DNA from: Calcarisporiella thermophila CBS 279.70
Lineage: Eukaryota; Fungi; Calcarisporiellomycota
NCBI RefSeq assembly: GCF_041956535.1
Contig: NW_027192228.1
Location: 57,170-117,755, forward strand
Reading direction: 5' to 3'
Length of the DNA stretch: 60,586 nucleotides
The notes under the pieces are model-generated. The model was not told where the DNA came from and did no database searches. It was given only the letters and a program-made list of their open reading frames with translations. Each line of letters begins with the position of its first letter. The first letter of the stretch is position 1. The position numbers and the translations under genes were made by a program. This document shows, in pieces, positions 37,686 through 51,200 of this stretch.

Positions 37686-40600
37686 GGGCTGTTGCTGCGT
37701 CTGCTGCTGCTGCTGCTGTGATTGTTGTTGTTGCTGCTGTTGCGGCTGCGGCTGCGGCTGCGGCTGCGGCGCCTGCTGCTGTTGCTGCTGCTGTTGCTGT
37801 TGTTGCTGTTGCTGTTGTTGCTGAGGGAGGATGTGCTCTTTGGTTAACTTCTGCAATACCTTCATGACACCAGGGATAAATTGGTCAAGATACTCGGGTT
37901 TACTACTACTAGCAGCTTGCAATAAAGTGAGCACTGGATAGAGATTCGACATATTCTGTAGCCCATCTGATATAGCGGCATCGATCATCGATGTAAATGT
38001 GCTGATATCTGTATTTGATGACGGATCCTCGGTTGCATAAATAGTCTTATAAACTTTAAGCAAAATGGGCTGTAATGCGCGGTGAATACGTGTATTCACG
38101 CTTTTGACGGGGTTCTCAAGAAGCCGCGTTAGTGTCGAAATATTGGAGATAAACCACTCATTGGGTTTGCGATCAAGCACGATATTCATTACTTCAAGAG
38201 TGTTGCACACAATATTCACGCCAGATTCAGTGGTGGCAGGTTGTATCAATGTCCGTTCGAAATAGACAAGCTTTACATTTACATCAGGCCAGAGCTCAGG
38301 TTGCAGAAAGTCTCTCACTAGTTGTGCAGCACGCTGGGCAAAACCTGCCTTATGTGACGGCTCATTGGATGCACACGCAAAGCGCACCAAGTAGCTAACG
38401 ACATTCTCACGTAGTGCTAGACTAAGCGGTTGTAAGGCAACAGGAAGTGAAGCAACGCTTTTACTTGCACTGCCAGGTGAATCGATATGCATTCTCTTTC
38501 GAGGAGACGTGCTAGGCGAGTCCCCAACGGAGGCTTGATCCAAGCTCCGTTTTGCTCCTGTGGTGACAGGCGAATCAGCAGTTTGGGCACCGGTAGCAGA
38601 GGTTGAACCATCTTCGGATTGAAGCTTATGGATTTCTGCCAAACGCCTTCGTTCCCACTTGAGAATTAAATCAGGTAAATCTACCATAAGCGATCGCCCG
38701 TCGTTTGAGGCATTTTGCAAGAATCCATGGCGTGAAAGCATGCTCACAATTTGAGGTAAGAACTGCTCACGTACGTCGTAGAACAAATCAGGATGTCGTA
38801 CGAGCAATTGATACACATTAATCACCATCGTGGCACTATGCGTGTCCTCATTTAGCACACGACGTGTCCAACGCGCCCAGGTGGGAAATTTAGGATCACC
38901 TTGCTGATTTGGAATTCGCACAGGTACAACAGGAGCTATAATATCGAGAGCCTGTTTAACCAAAAGTCGACCCTCTGTCTGGGATGATCGCAGCAGTGCA
39001 AGATAAATTTGTACGCAGATTTTAGGAGGTGTGTCATAGGCAGCGATGAATCTTGCAATAAGGACATATGCGGCCATTTTTGCAACAACGTCGTCGACCT
39101 TCATTAGATTCCATCCAAATTTAATCACGTCCTTTTTGGCATCTGAAATGCGTTGAGGTGCATGCTGAATTATAAGCGTGGTAAGTTGCAAAAGTTCAAC
39201 ACGAAGTGCATCGTCAGGTGCGTTCTCATCAAGCTCTGACGCTAATGGATGCCAAATACGATAGTGTATCTGATCAATTATCTGTGGGTCTAGAACAGCT
39301 TCAAATTCAGAAGGTCCTCGCATCAATGCCACAAATAACACAGGGATCACTAGCATTCTAAGGGTCTGTGTCTTGATCATTTGCGGAATCTGTGTGTCTT
39401 GGAATTGGGATAAGAATCGCTCGAGAATACTTCGCTTTTGCTCAGAAGAATATTTAAAAGCAACCTATATCAAGAAAAAAATAATAGAATGTCAGCAACA
39501 TGCTCTACAAAATATCAGAATCATTTACATACATCCTCATATAGGAATTTCTTTAGAAATGTGAAATCAATTACACTATCCTGTTGAAATACAGCCACTA
39601 ATTCGAACATGATTTCATCATCATGTTGTTGTCGCAAATAAATAATGAAAATTTCAATCAAAAATTGGAATTCTCGGGTGCTCTGAAGTGATAGTTTCTC
39701 CATTTTCAATCGATCAGTTCGTTCCTGTGACCTCCAAACAGCCAGTAGGGCATCCACAACTGGTCGATTGCGAGCAATCCATTCTGGCTCAAAACTGCAA
39801 ATAGCGCGAACTAGATAGACACCTTCGAAAGCCAACTCTCCATTCCCATTATCCGAGTTGAACGTTTTCGCTATTAATTTCTGGGGATCGCGTGTGACCT
39901 CAGTACGTAAATGTGAGGCAGATTCCATGCCAAGAAGATCTATGAACAAACGGCTATATCGTACATCACCCAAATGTTCGTAAAAATAGTCGATAGCCTC
40001 TGCCGCATATCGATTTAGATATTTCACAAGTGGCTCACGGAAAGGGCTCGACGCGAAGCGACGAAGCTGTGACTCGAGGTCTACTACAGCTGATACCAGG
40101 TCGTTGAGAAACATGTTTGCCGCCGCAGGAAGTAAGTAGAATACGTTTAGAATGGCGACGAGAATCTTAATATCCTGCACTTCTGAGAGCGGTTTCTTTG
40201 AGGTCTCTTGTAGCATAGCCGGGTCTGCCCATTGCTTAAGGTGGTCAAGGAGTTTCTTGCCAATTTCCACCTTAAAATAGTTTGTTAGAAGTTCGAGGAG
40301 GCGTGCCAAACCTTCAAGACATGCAACGCTTAACCTCTTGTGATCAGATAAGTTCATGAGGATAGGGCGCAATCCAGCCTGCAACAGATCCTTAGGTAAC
40401 TTGTGTTGTTGTGCGAGCACTTGCTTTAACCCCTTATTTGCAACTTCAACTACTTCAGGTGATTTTGAATATAGAGACTTGAAGAACACCGAGATGATAC
40501 GAGCACGCGTAGCACTTTGTCGAGGTGAAAAGAAATCTGAACAGGCCATTGCTGCGGAGAGAAGCTTGATACAAACAATGCGTAAGTTGGTAAGCGAAGA

Positions 40601-43600
40601 CGAATTCTTATAATGCGATGTCCTCGAAACGAGTGCCTGATCTTCAGCGTCCGCTAATGCTAGCGCCTCGTGCAGTAATCTGACAAGCTCATCATTAAAC
40701 TCAAGGAGTGGAGGCCTCAGTGACAAGCAATAAGTAATGGCATCAATATGTCCAATTTGCATTGCAAAGGGTAGAGCACGCAATGGCTTAGCGAAAATTG
40801 GTGCCACCAGACGCTCTCGCATCGGAGCCAGTAGCTCTGTTACCTCATTACCAGTTAAATCAGCGAGTAATTGGAACGAGGATTGAATAGTTTCTCGTAC
40901 AGTGCTATTGGAGTTGGATAGCTCCACAACCAACAGCGAGATCAGATTTGCGAATTTCGCCTGCCGATCAGGTGATTCATCATCATCTTCTGGCCGATTA
41001 CATACTTTAAGGACATGAGACATAGTTTGAGTTGCATCTTCTACATTTCCAGTTGCAATATCCTGAGGCATGTCCTTGAGGACGAATAACAGTGATCGCA
41101 CAAATTCTGACTCATGATCGAGCATCCAGCGAGTGCCGAGGTCTAGCTGAGAGCTTAATATTGAGATTCCAATGCACCCACCACTTTTGCGATACCATTC
41201 CTGCTTGTAACATGCTGAGCAGAACCGCAGAGCAATCAGGTGGAACACAGGCAATTGCCCGACTGCCTCCTTAGATCCCAGCACAGTGACACACGTGTCA
41301 TAGAAAAGTTGAAGAGCTGACTCTGCAAGTTTCCTCTCTTGGTGTTCGGATGTCATTACTTCAACAATAGCCTCGAGGAAACAATTTGTATTCAAATGAA
41401 GCTCACGGGGTTCCATACGCTCTAAGAAAGATTTCTTGCGGGCCTCACGCACCTCTAATGCCTCTGCAATCTCAAGAAGCGCGAAGTGACGAATAATATG
41501 TTGTAAGAATGGCCATGCTTCCTCCTTTATCTCTGCGTTTGATGCCGCAGTAAACAGGGCACATAGAGCTTTCTCGAGCACGCTCTCTTGTGAGATTTTT
41601 TTACTCATATGCCGGCCCTTGGAAAGTTTGCGAGCAAAGATATTAGAAGCTCGCTTTTGCTCCATCTCAGTTTTCTTTCCTTCTTGGGGTTCAGCCTTGA
41701 TGTCCACATCCATCTTATCTCCGCCATTAGCGATACCTTTTTCTTTCTCTCCCTCCGATGCCGCCTCATTTGAAGTTGCAGTTGTTGGAGCACCAGAGCC
41801 AGTGTTTGCATTTGCATCTGAAATTTGCTTCAGAATTCGGCTATGAATCTCCTTGGCAAGCGAGTCACTACCCTCGTCAAGATCCAATGAGATAATGACT
41901 ATTGCTCTTAAAAACTCGTATGCTTGTTGTCTATAGAATTTCATAGCTTCGTCGTTAGCATTCACATCTCTAAGCGTTTTTACAGCTAAATCGAGGCATG
42001 CGTCCAACGGTAGAACGTGCAACTTTGTAAGGCGATTCTGTAACTGTACACTAATTTCAATACCGCTCTCAGGATATGCTGTGTAGGCAAGCTGAGGAGG
42101 AGATTTAAGCATACGCCGATTTCGACCACCTAATTTCCCCAAAATTCGCATAGTTGTATGACTGTGGTTTGCATTATATGGGGAGGGCTTTAAGTGGCGC
42201 CAAAGTGCATGCATCAAATCGAGTATAACGGGTGCAAGGATAGGGTCAAGGAATTCTTGAGTCAAGTTGTCGATGCATAGTTCGAGGGTGCGAAGTCCCT
42301 GTCCCACTAGCTCTGGGCCAGATTGTAAGGCAAATACGAGAGGCTTCATCAGATAGCCCAAATAAGGGAGCAGAACACTTAGGCGAACCGGCACCGTTAA
42401 ACATAATTCAACGAATATTTCACGCATATGCTGTTTATCCGCTAGCGAGAGCAGGGAATTTAAGCTCTCAAGCAACACCTGCAAAAGTGGAAGCACCTCT
42501 TTATAAAGTAGTTCGAATCGACCACCCCCAATGCTGCGGAAAAGGTTTCGCAATAAGAGAAAATAGTTTATCGGTTCATCCGCCTTAGCCGACATCTTTA
42601 ACGATGACATAATGATGTGCCGTAGGTGAGGTTGCAACACAGTTTCGTTCGAATTCGGAAACAGAGTCACAGCCATGAACGCCAGTCGGAATAGCCGCAG
42701 CAGCATCTGAGCATAGTTAACATTAGGACCGCCCACCTTATCTAGTCTATCTACCAGAAACCGGTAGAGAATACCCGCAAAGCTATTTGATATATGCTCA
42801 TTCGATGAAAGTAAATATTGAGGGATGTGTACAAGAAATGGATTGACGAGCGCCTGCTCAAACATAAATTCAATCTGAGAAGCGAAGACCTCTTGGAATA
42901 CCCACGGGTCAACAAACGTCCATGCCATAGCAAAATGCTCTAAACTTTCACGTTCTTCCTTAGGAAGTGGGCTCGTCCGGCTAAGTAAAACGTCAAACGT
43001 TCCTGTCGAGTCCTCACTGCTCTTGGTATTAAGTGCCTCAAGCATTGAATTGTCAATAGTATAATACCGGAAACCTTTAAGGGCTTCTTTAAAAAGCCGT
43101 AATATAATTTCTATCTCATCTGGAGACAGTGCACCAGCAAGTGGAGCTGGATGTATTGAACCAGGTTGTTGCTGCTGATTGGATTGATCACCAGTTGTGA
43201 CAGTGGTAGAGGCTTGTGGTGCAGCTGTAGTGGCAGCAGCTGCTTGAGCTGCAGTGCAATTTTTGATCCCTACGAAAATAGTCCTAAGGCCCTGAACCAA
43301 GCTCTTGAATAAGAACTTCGCATCTCGTAAAGGATCCTCCAACAGATTTGTCGATGACGTTGTAAGAATTGGCCGGCCTTTATCAAAATCCATATCCTCG
43401 AGTGCTTCACGCAAACGCTGCTCTGTCTGTTCGGGGAACAGAGAAGTAGAACCCGAGCCCGGCTTCAAATCCTTACGACGCTGATGCTGTTGCACAATAT
43501 TAGGATAGGCAATGTTTAACACAGCGAATTTGTTTGTAAAGGAATCGAGTATTCGAATCAGTAAAGTGCGCACTATAGCAAATCAATGTAAGCTAGTGTT

Positions 43601-45315
43601 TTAATGAAAAAAAATAATTGTAAAGCCCACCTAATGTTTTATCTGGTATTTGCGAAATACAGTCGATTAAATTCACTAGTAGTTTTGCACACATTGCCTG
43701 AATGCTTGGTGCAAGGGTGAGGTCATGCATATTTCGGGAGTATATGTAAACGGTCCGAGATAGCTGTGTCGGATTAAGCTCACTACGCACATGGTGTATT
43801 AAGTCGGCAAGCATGCTAAATGCAAGGGGTCTAATATTATTATAGAAAATAGTCATTATTTTTCAATTCTGAGATAACAAATTTACGATTAAAATCTCTG
43901 TACCTTAAAGTCTCGTGTAATGCTAGCCCAGTGCCAAGCAATATTTTTTCATTAAGCATGATATCAACTTTAGGTGCAAATGCAGTCCGAAATTCGGTTG
44001 AAAGAATGTGTCTTGCGGCAATTAGCAATTCCTAGTAAATCAATATAGATATTAAGCTAAATATTGAATATTTAATTAAAATTAATGTGGTTACCTTTCT
44101 GGTTCCAGATGCCTCAGGTGGACAATCTTTCATCAATCGCACTACAAATTCAGGAATGGAATTCTGGTGAGGGCGTACAAGTGCAGGGAAAGCACGAGTG
44201 ATATACGCGAGAAAAGAGAGCGCCTTCACTTGCGACACAATAAAATCGGTGTATAAAGTTCGATTTCTTATGCCAGGTGCAACTCCAATAAATATCTCTC
44301 CTCTCGCTCGAGCAGCATTTTGTGCCTCCAATTGTGGTTTTGCCTGAAGACTTAGTGCCTAGTAGATTAATAAAAGAGTGATCAACTATCTGCTACCTAT
44401 TGCTGAGAATAAGACAATTGCCTAAATACCTCAATAATTAGCGGCAAAAATTTGACAATGTTATCACTGACATATCGTCGATAAGACTGAAAGAGCAATA
44501 CAACAATAATGGGACACTCGGTTATGACTTTAAAACTATACATCCCTTTTGCCAATACTCTATTTGGTGTCTCTGTAAAGTCAGAGGCAGGGGAGACTGG
44601 GCGAGGGGAAGTAAGGGCGGCAGGCTATTGATGAAATAAAGAAAAGTTTGTAAAGATGAGCCACTTTCCAATATCTTAAAGACTGCGAGCTTACTGTTGC
44701 TCCAGCCGGTGTTCCTGGGGCATCAAATGCGTCTCTGACTGCCTGCTCCATGTTCCGGTATATATCTTGCACGAAATCAAAGAAGGGCTGGACTTGTTCT
44801 TCGAGCGAATGCTTAAAGTTGCGGTGTAGTTCAAGCGCAATTTTTAAACAAACTACGCAATTTTCTTCATTTTCTACACGCAATAAGTGGATCATAAGTT
44901 TCATAAGATCGGGTGCGTATGAACGTAGCATATCATTCTGAGGGAGTCGGTGTATAATTTCGAGAATTGTATTCCGGAATTTCTAAATAAATCTCAGTTA
45001 ATAAAGTCTCGATCGAGAGATATTTAGCTATTTACGTTTTCTAATGAGTTGTTCAAAAAAACGGGTTGTCCATTTTTGAGGATGTCGATAAACACTGGTA
45101 TCAACACTGAGAGAAAGCGGGAGTACTCCACTGACTGGAAGAGTTCGACTTGATCCCGGAGTTCCGTGGCTATTGTCAGCTTAAGTTTGACATCTATAGA
45201 TATTATCATTAGTTTTTGCGAAGCAAGTTTTCGTTAATCAGATTAGCTTACCTAGTGCTGGATCTGCTAGTCTAGTCGCGTATATATCACTATTTGGAAC
45301 ATTTGGAGCAACCAT
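32294..45315 (-). CDS. TRA1: Tra1/TRRAP PIKK pseudokinase (SAGA/NuA4 scaffold)
   Basis: RSIGGGRFELLYKE, QGLRTLELCIDNL, FAT region (LQTWRERLPN, YRGYHETAW), RREERIVQ, VPFRLTP, and FATC ending WMPWL*. More than ten introns. Confidence 0.95.
37560..37825 (-). repeat. Poly-Gln CAG/CAA tract with (CAGCCG)5 Q-P hexamer inside Tra1
   Basis: Visible (tgc/tgt)n run on the plus strand, translated in ORF 34830-39380. Confidence 0.9.
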
Positions 45316-45472
45316 TGTTGCCCATTTAGAGATATTTCCACCAAGTCTCTCTTTAGTGGAAAAATAAAAAGAGAATGCACTAGCTAAAAAAATAAAGGTA
45401 AAATCAAACTACTTTATAACCACGAAAATCTTAAAGTCTCGTTCACCCTGAAAAATTAGTTGTTACACAATG

Positions 45473-45492
45473 AAACGTCACGAGTGACGTTT
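45473..45492. promoter_or_regulatory. Inverted repeat AAACGTCAC-GA-GTGACGTTT (two TGACGT CRE-like sites) in the Tra1/Qcr8 divergent promoter
   Basis: Perfect 9-bp arms with a 2-bp spacer in the 270-bp head-to-head intergenic region. Confidence 0.45.
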
Positions 45493-45585
45493 TACTGCGC
45501 CACTAGATCTGTTTATTGAACCTCCCCTGCTCTTTACCTCTTTAATCTGAATTTAGTTTTATATCAAATTTGTTAACACATCAAC

Positions 45586-45929
45586 ATGGGTGGCGGATCT
45601 AAATGTGAACATCTTCTAGTTATTTTGCTACATGAGATTAATCTAACTCATTCCTACGTTATTTTGAATACATAGGGTTTGGATGGTGGGGAAATCTCCC
45701 CGGACCTAAGCAGCAGGGAATTGTTACCTATGTTCTCTCCCCTTACGAACAGAGAGCTTTTGCTTATGCTCTTCAAAATGCCTTCTTCAAAACATTCCGT
45801 CGATGTGCTGCACAAGCACCTTATATTGTTCCTACCTTTGCAATTGGCTATGGTGTTTACAGTTGGGGAATGCAGCACCATGAATATCTGGCATCAAAGG
45901 CTGGTCAGGCTGCGCACGGTGAACATTAA
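45586..45929 (+). CDS. QCR8: Cytochrome bc1 complex subunit 8 (2 exons)
   Basis: Spliced translation: MGGGSKWFGWWGNLPGPKQQGIVTYVLSPYEQRAFAYALQNAFFKTFRRCAAQAPYIVPTFAIGYGVYSWGMQHHEYLASKAGQAAHGEH*. The ORF track shows only the wrong frame. Confidence 0.92.
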
Positions 45930-46445
45930 ATAAGTCAACTCTACTTGTATTGGCATAGAAAATAAAGCTACTGTTGAGCCTATTTAGATAATTCTGAGAG
46001 TTTTAATTAACAACAAAAAACGCTCAAACTATATTTTCCTACTCAAGATATATATATATGTGTGTAAACCAAATTGAATACTGGATATAGAATTTTGATT
46101 AAATATTGATAATAGAGATAGGAAAGAAAAAAGGAAAGGGAGCTGGGAATGCAAATGGAGAACAAAGAATAGAAAGACAAGGTAATAAAGGTGGCATTAT
46201 TTACAATAAATAAACAGGTTGTTCCATTTTTTTTTACGTGAAATAGAAAACTGCAAAATAAAAACCATAAGTGACATTAATCGCATCCAATATACAAAAA
46301 CTACTTAATTCATCTTACGATCAATTCACTTATATGATTCAGAGTTATATAACCTCCACTGCCCACACACTTGCAGAATAGGTGAGATATTTCACAAATT
46401 GGAAGCGCGCATTATATTAATGTCGTTAGTATATTTACTTGCACC

Positions 46446-47901
46446 TTATCCTTTACCCTGATCCTGGTAATTCTCCTTTTTCCCCTGTCGTTTTTGCTGT
46501 AGTCGCTGTGAAGAGGTTTTAGAGACACTTGGAGAGTAACGAGAAGGATCTATATCATCGCTTAACGAATTAACAGCCGAAGATAAGGTTCCAGGAGAGG
46601 TAGGAGGCGGATGAAGAGGCTGTGGGGAGAAATCTAAAGTAGCAGGCGTAAAACTTTCCGATGTGTGTGGGTAGCGTGAAATATGAAAAGGGGGAGGAAG
46701 CGGGGGCAACTTTGGTAATTTCAGTTGACCTTGACTTGATTGTGATGCTATTTGGTCGTTAAACTTGTCAAATGGAGGCAATAGGCTTTTATGGTTTGCT
46801 GCTAGATTCTTTTCCTCTTTCCCAGCTTCAACCGATAGATTCGACTTGATCTTAGAACGTTTACCAGGCCGAAGACAGGCCTGTGAGCCTGCTGCTTCTT
46901 GTTTAGCTTTGAAGTCGGCCAAGTATTGCTGATAATTCTACAATAAACAATTGTGAGCTGAGTTAGATTGCCGCATATTTAAATTGGGATGCATACCCTG
47001 TAATCCTGTGTTGTTTCGTACTTCACCAAGTCATTCAAATATATTTCTTTAGCTTTTGATGCTGTCATATCATAATACTCTTTTTCTTTTGGGCTCAAAG
47101 ATTTCCATCGATCTCCTACAATTTTCGCAATCTCCGTAAAAGATAGTATACGACCCTTCAATTCCTCGCGCACCTTATTCGCAAACATCACATAAGCACT
47201 CGGTGGTTTTATTGGTGCATGTGGATCAGGTTTAGCGTGGCGGCGATATCGACGCTTCGCTTGCTTATGCAAAAGAGTATCACTGCTAAATTCAAGTTCC
47301 TCTGCAGATGAAACGCTTCCCATAGGGGCGAGAGAATCTGTCTCACTAAGATTTGCTTGTGCTGATGGCTGTTGTGGAGAATATGTGGGGATTCGAGAAC
47401 TAGCAGTCGTAGTAGGTGTAACTGGTAAATCTTGTGGGGAAATTGAGGGTGGTAAATCATGATAAAAAGAATGGAAAGTAGTGGAAGACGAGAGCATATG
47501 GAGGGGCGTGGAGATTGGAATGTTATTAAGAGTAGCAATTTCTCGCTGAATGAGCTATTTGAGAAGAAATAAACCTCTAGTTAATAATTCTCGAATCCCA
47601 ATATATATAACCCAATTACCCTACGATGACCTCGTTTAACGCCCAGAGCAATAAGATCTGCTTCGGTTACTTCATTTAACTAATTGGAAAGAATGAGACA
47701 TATATATATTTCTATCTAATAATAGCTATTTACAGATCTCATCTGATCGAACCCCTCTTCTATAAATTGTTCGTAATACCGCTCTAGATTAAGCCGGGAT
47801 AAAAAATCATACACTTCCTGAGAGCCATTTTTGGCCTCTGGCGAGCTCATTTTCGAACTTTTATTCTCCGGAAGATGTTCTGCTGATTGACTGGGCTGCA
47901 T
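46446..47901 (-). CDS. SAM domain + HMG-box protein (4 exons)
   Basis: SAM: VYDFLSRLNLERYYEQFIEEGFD..LNEVTEADLIALGVKRGHRRLIQREIA. HMG: KRRYRRHAKPDPHAPIKPPSAYVMFANKVREELKG..SFTEIAKIVGDRWKSLS. Confidence 0.88.
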
Positions 47902-48210
47902 ATTACGATCCGCATCGAGTTTGTAAGTTTAATTTTCGAAAAATAATTAATGAACCGAATGTCACGAATACAGGAATTAAGCAAGTTGTTATGTCTAACA
48001 AAAGTGAGAAAAGAAATCAAGAGGAGTTGAAATTATAAATTGTTGAGGGTAAATTAGGCGTGGAGAATTGAGTGAAATTCTAATGTAGTTACATCGCGTA
48101 AGCAAAAACATTCTGAATGTTTGTTATAAGCCACCAATTTAACGCGACAATAGAAAAGCAAAAAATTAATAGTTTATCACTACTCCCTCTCTCGCAAATT
48201 TTCTAGCAAA

Positions 48211-51200
48211 ATGGAGGAGGTGAAAGAGTTCAACCCTTGTCCACATACGTTTCGCTCGGATCTTCCCCATGGAGGTGCATTTGGCTCATCGTTGTCTAGC
48301 GGAGAGCCGCTCTGGTTTTACCGATACGATTCTACTAATCTGGAGGTGCGCGATATAAATTCTTGTGAATCTCGGGTATTCGCTTCTCTACGTGCAGAAA
48401 GCATGGCTAAAAACAATAAAGAACAGGTATTTCATCTTTCATCTCCAATAGTACTCTGAAAAGCTTGTGCCTATTTGAATATTTTGATTAGCTTGAAATC
48501 GGACATGTTGTTCCAGTTATGATTGATGGAGAGCATTTCCTCCTGGTGTGCGCAAATGAAGCCGGTTCAACTGAATGCCGTACATTTTTATTTAATCCGT
48601 TCACACAGATGAATTTACCTTTGGATTTTCCTGTCAAATCTGCGCTACAAGTTTCATGTGCTGCCGTTTCGAATATGTGTATCCCTACGGTAACATCTAT
48701 TTCGTGATTCTCCATACAAATAACATGGATTAAATCACCTAAATATAATTAGGATGCCGATTGGAGAAAGGCACAAACATCAGGAGTGGTTGAGCCAGAT
48801 CGATATCACCTCCTCGTTTTGGGAACAGCAGACGCCAAACTCTACGTTAAAAAAGTAATTGTACCAGAATCGAGTTTGCAGGCTCTTCACATTGAGGAAG
48901 TAGAGTCCTTCTCACTTTCAAAACGTGGTATTGGGGTTATAACCTCGATCGCGACTTTGACACGCAAAGCACCTTCCTTCGAGAATCGAGGTTTACCAGC
49001 CGTGATTGCTGTTGGAGGATCTAATGGTCGGGTTGATTTATTTGAATACAGAACACCAGTGGATAGGAGAGATAGAGGAGTGCAGAGCCTACTAAAACTA
49101 GATGCATTGGAGTCATCAGGTATCTACAATATTTTGTCTCCTGAACTTAAACAGATCATGTAACTAATTTTCATCAATATGTGATTATATGTAGCTTCAA
49201 TCACACAACTCAAGATAATCCCATGGGGAGAAGAAGACAAAGAAAATGGACTGGGCTCAATCCTACTAATAGTTGGACAAGGATCTCCGCAACATATGAC
49301 ATCAAAAAGGCAAGATTAAATAACTTTACATCCAATTTAATGTAATTACTCAGATAGATCCCTTTCGTTCTTTCTACTTTTAGTGTTGAGAGGCCATCTT
49401 TGTCGATATTTAAGGTGGATCTTTTCTCATTAGAATATCAACTCTTGGGACATACAGTGGCTTCACTAGGAGATGGAGAGACATTTAACATTGGCCACAT
49501 TTTAACGACATCTATAGTTAATTGTAAGAACATATATTGTTCTCAAACATAGACGAATACATTGACTCACCCTGCGTTTAATATTTATTAGCGGACATCC
49601 AACGAGCAAATTTGTATGCCATTTTCTCAATTAAAGGCCAGCACGGCTTCTCGAAGACCGAAATGGTAGTTTGGCAAGTACTAGAAGAAGATGCAACCGA
49701 AATTGCGCGCTTTCCATTCAACATTTCAAATGCACACACTATTCTTGACCTGGCTCCCCTTAGACACTCCCCCGAGCTATCAGTATTATTTTTGAATAAA
49801 ATGGGAGTGCTAGTTCTCCCAATTGAGCTCGATTCCAGACGTGGAGATGTAGAAATGACATCGGGAGAAGATATACCTAATTTCTCTGACTGGTTTGATC
49901 TACACCCCGACAAATTCTCCTATCCGAAAGCAGTTGCCCAGCAGATCGAATCGAAACGGCGACGAATGGATGGACAGCTTTTTATTGATCGCCTACTTCA
50001 ATACGCCGAGATAGAGATTGGCCAGGTATACCCACCGCGGGATATTAACCAGCTGCAGCATTTAGTGCGTGCAGTATTCAAATGCGATTTGGACAGCCTA
50101 AAGAAACACTGCATTGTATATTATCTCCTCCGGGATACGCGTATTAATGCCCGAGCTTCCACTTATGCAAGCAAATATCTTATCCCTTGGTATTTCTGTC
50201 GACTGATGGACGGGTACTGGGCACTAGATCAGGGCGAGTTCGAAGAGGCAGTCCGTGCACTTGCGGATCCCGCAGTAGAACCAGATTGGTCAAATGAAAT
50301 TGCGAGAATATTGGTTCGTTTTGCCCCTCCCCGCGTAGCACTAAGATATTTGAAATTAGCGCAACCTACTATGACTAGCCGAGAAGACGTGGAAATGTGG
50401 ATGGAAGTATTGATTAAATGCGATATATTGGATGCTTTCTTATACCAGGTAAAATTCAAATACGCACTTTTGTATTGACCTTGTCTATTGATTTGGAAAA
50501 CCTCATTATAGAGAAAACACCGATCAAAATCTGACCATTCATTCAGCAATCGTCTTCTTTCCCACTTATTTGATGCGTGTTTTGCGGCCAAAGGCACCCA
50601 TATAGCTCGATTGCTCGCATTTCCATTCGACAATGCAGAGGAGGCTTTTATGAAAGAATACTGTTTGCGATCCCAACATCCCCTGTCAAGTGATTTTTTG
50701 CTAATGTGGTTTGTGCAACATGGTCATTACACTGATGCCATTCGACTACATGAGCAAATATTGTTGCGAGAAAAAGAGCTTGGATTTAATGAAAGAGAAC
50801 TCGGAAGCTTTGGAACGGATCGAAAGGTTATTGTGGAGAATTTGAAGAAAATTTTGCCAGAAGTTCAGCGGACATATTTAGAGTTAGAAAATGAAATGGG
50901 TATAGGGAAGGAAATGGCATTATCAAGGAATGATGGAGACGTAGAGATGAGTGAAAAAGCTAGCGAGCAATTAGAAACTGAAGGCGACTTTGGAGCAAAG
51001 ACAATAACTACACAAGAATCAAAGGCCTCCGATACCCCTTCAACTCGCCATGCACGCCCCCTCCTGCCCCTGTCTGCATCCAAGACCATCCGGTTTGCGG
51101 TCCCTCAAATAGATCGAAAAGACTTCGTATACAACCCACAGAAACAGCTGATTCGTGCCTTACTAGAACATATGGACGACGCAGAGCGAGAAAAAGGGGT

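Noticed and set aside
24430-37867. Numerous antisense/overlapping ORFs in the track (e.g. 24430-24831, 27394-27813, 28034-28606, 32277-32881, 37568-37867)
   Set aside because: They are shadows of real genes in GC-rich or repeat sequence and have no motifs.
46446-47901. HMG-box gene as Mucorales-type sex locus (sexM/sexP)
   Set aside because: The HMG box is of the SAM-linked HMGB/HMG20-like type rather than MATA_HMG, and it is not flanked by a triose-phosphate transporter or RNA helicase.
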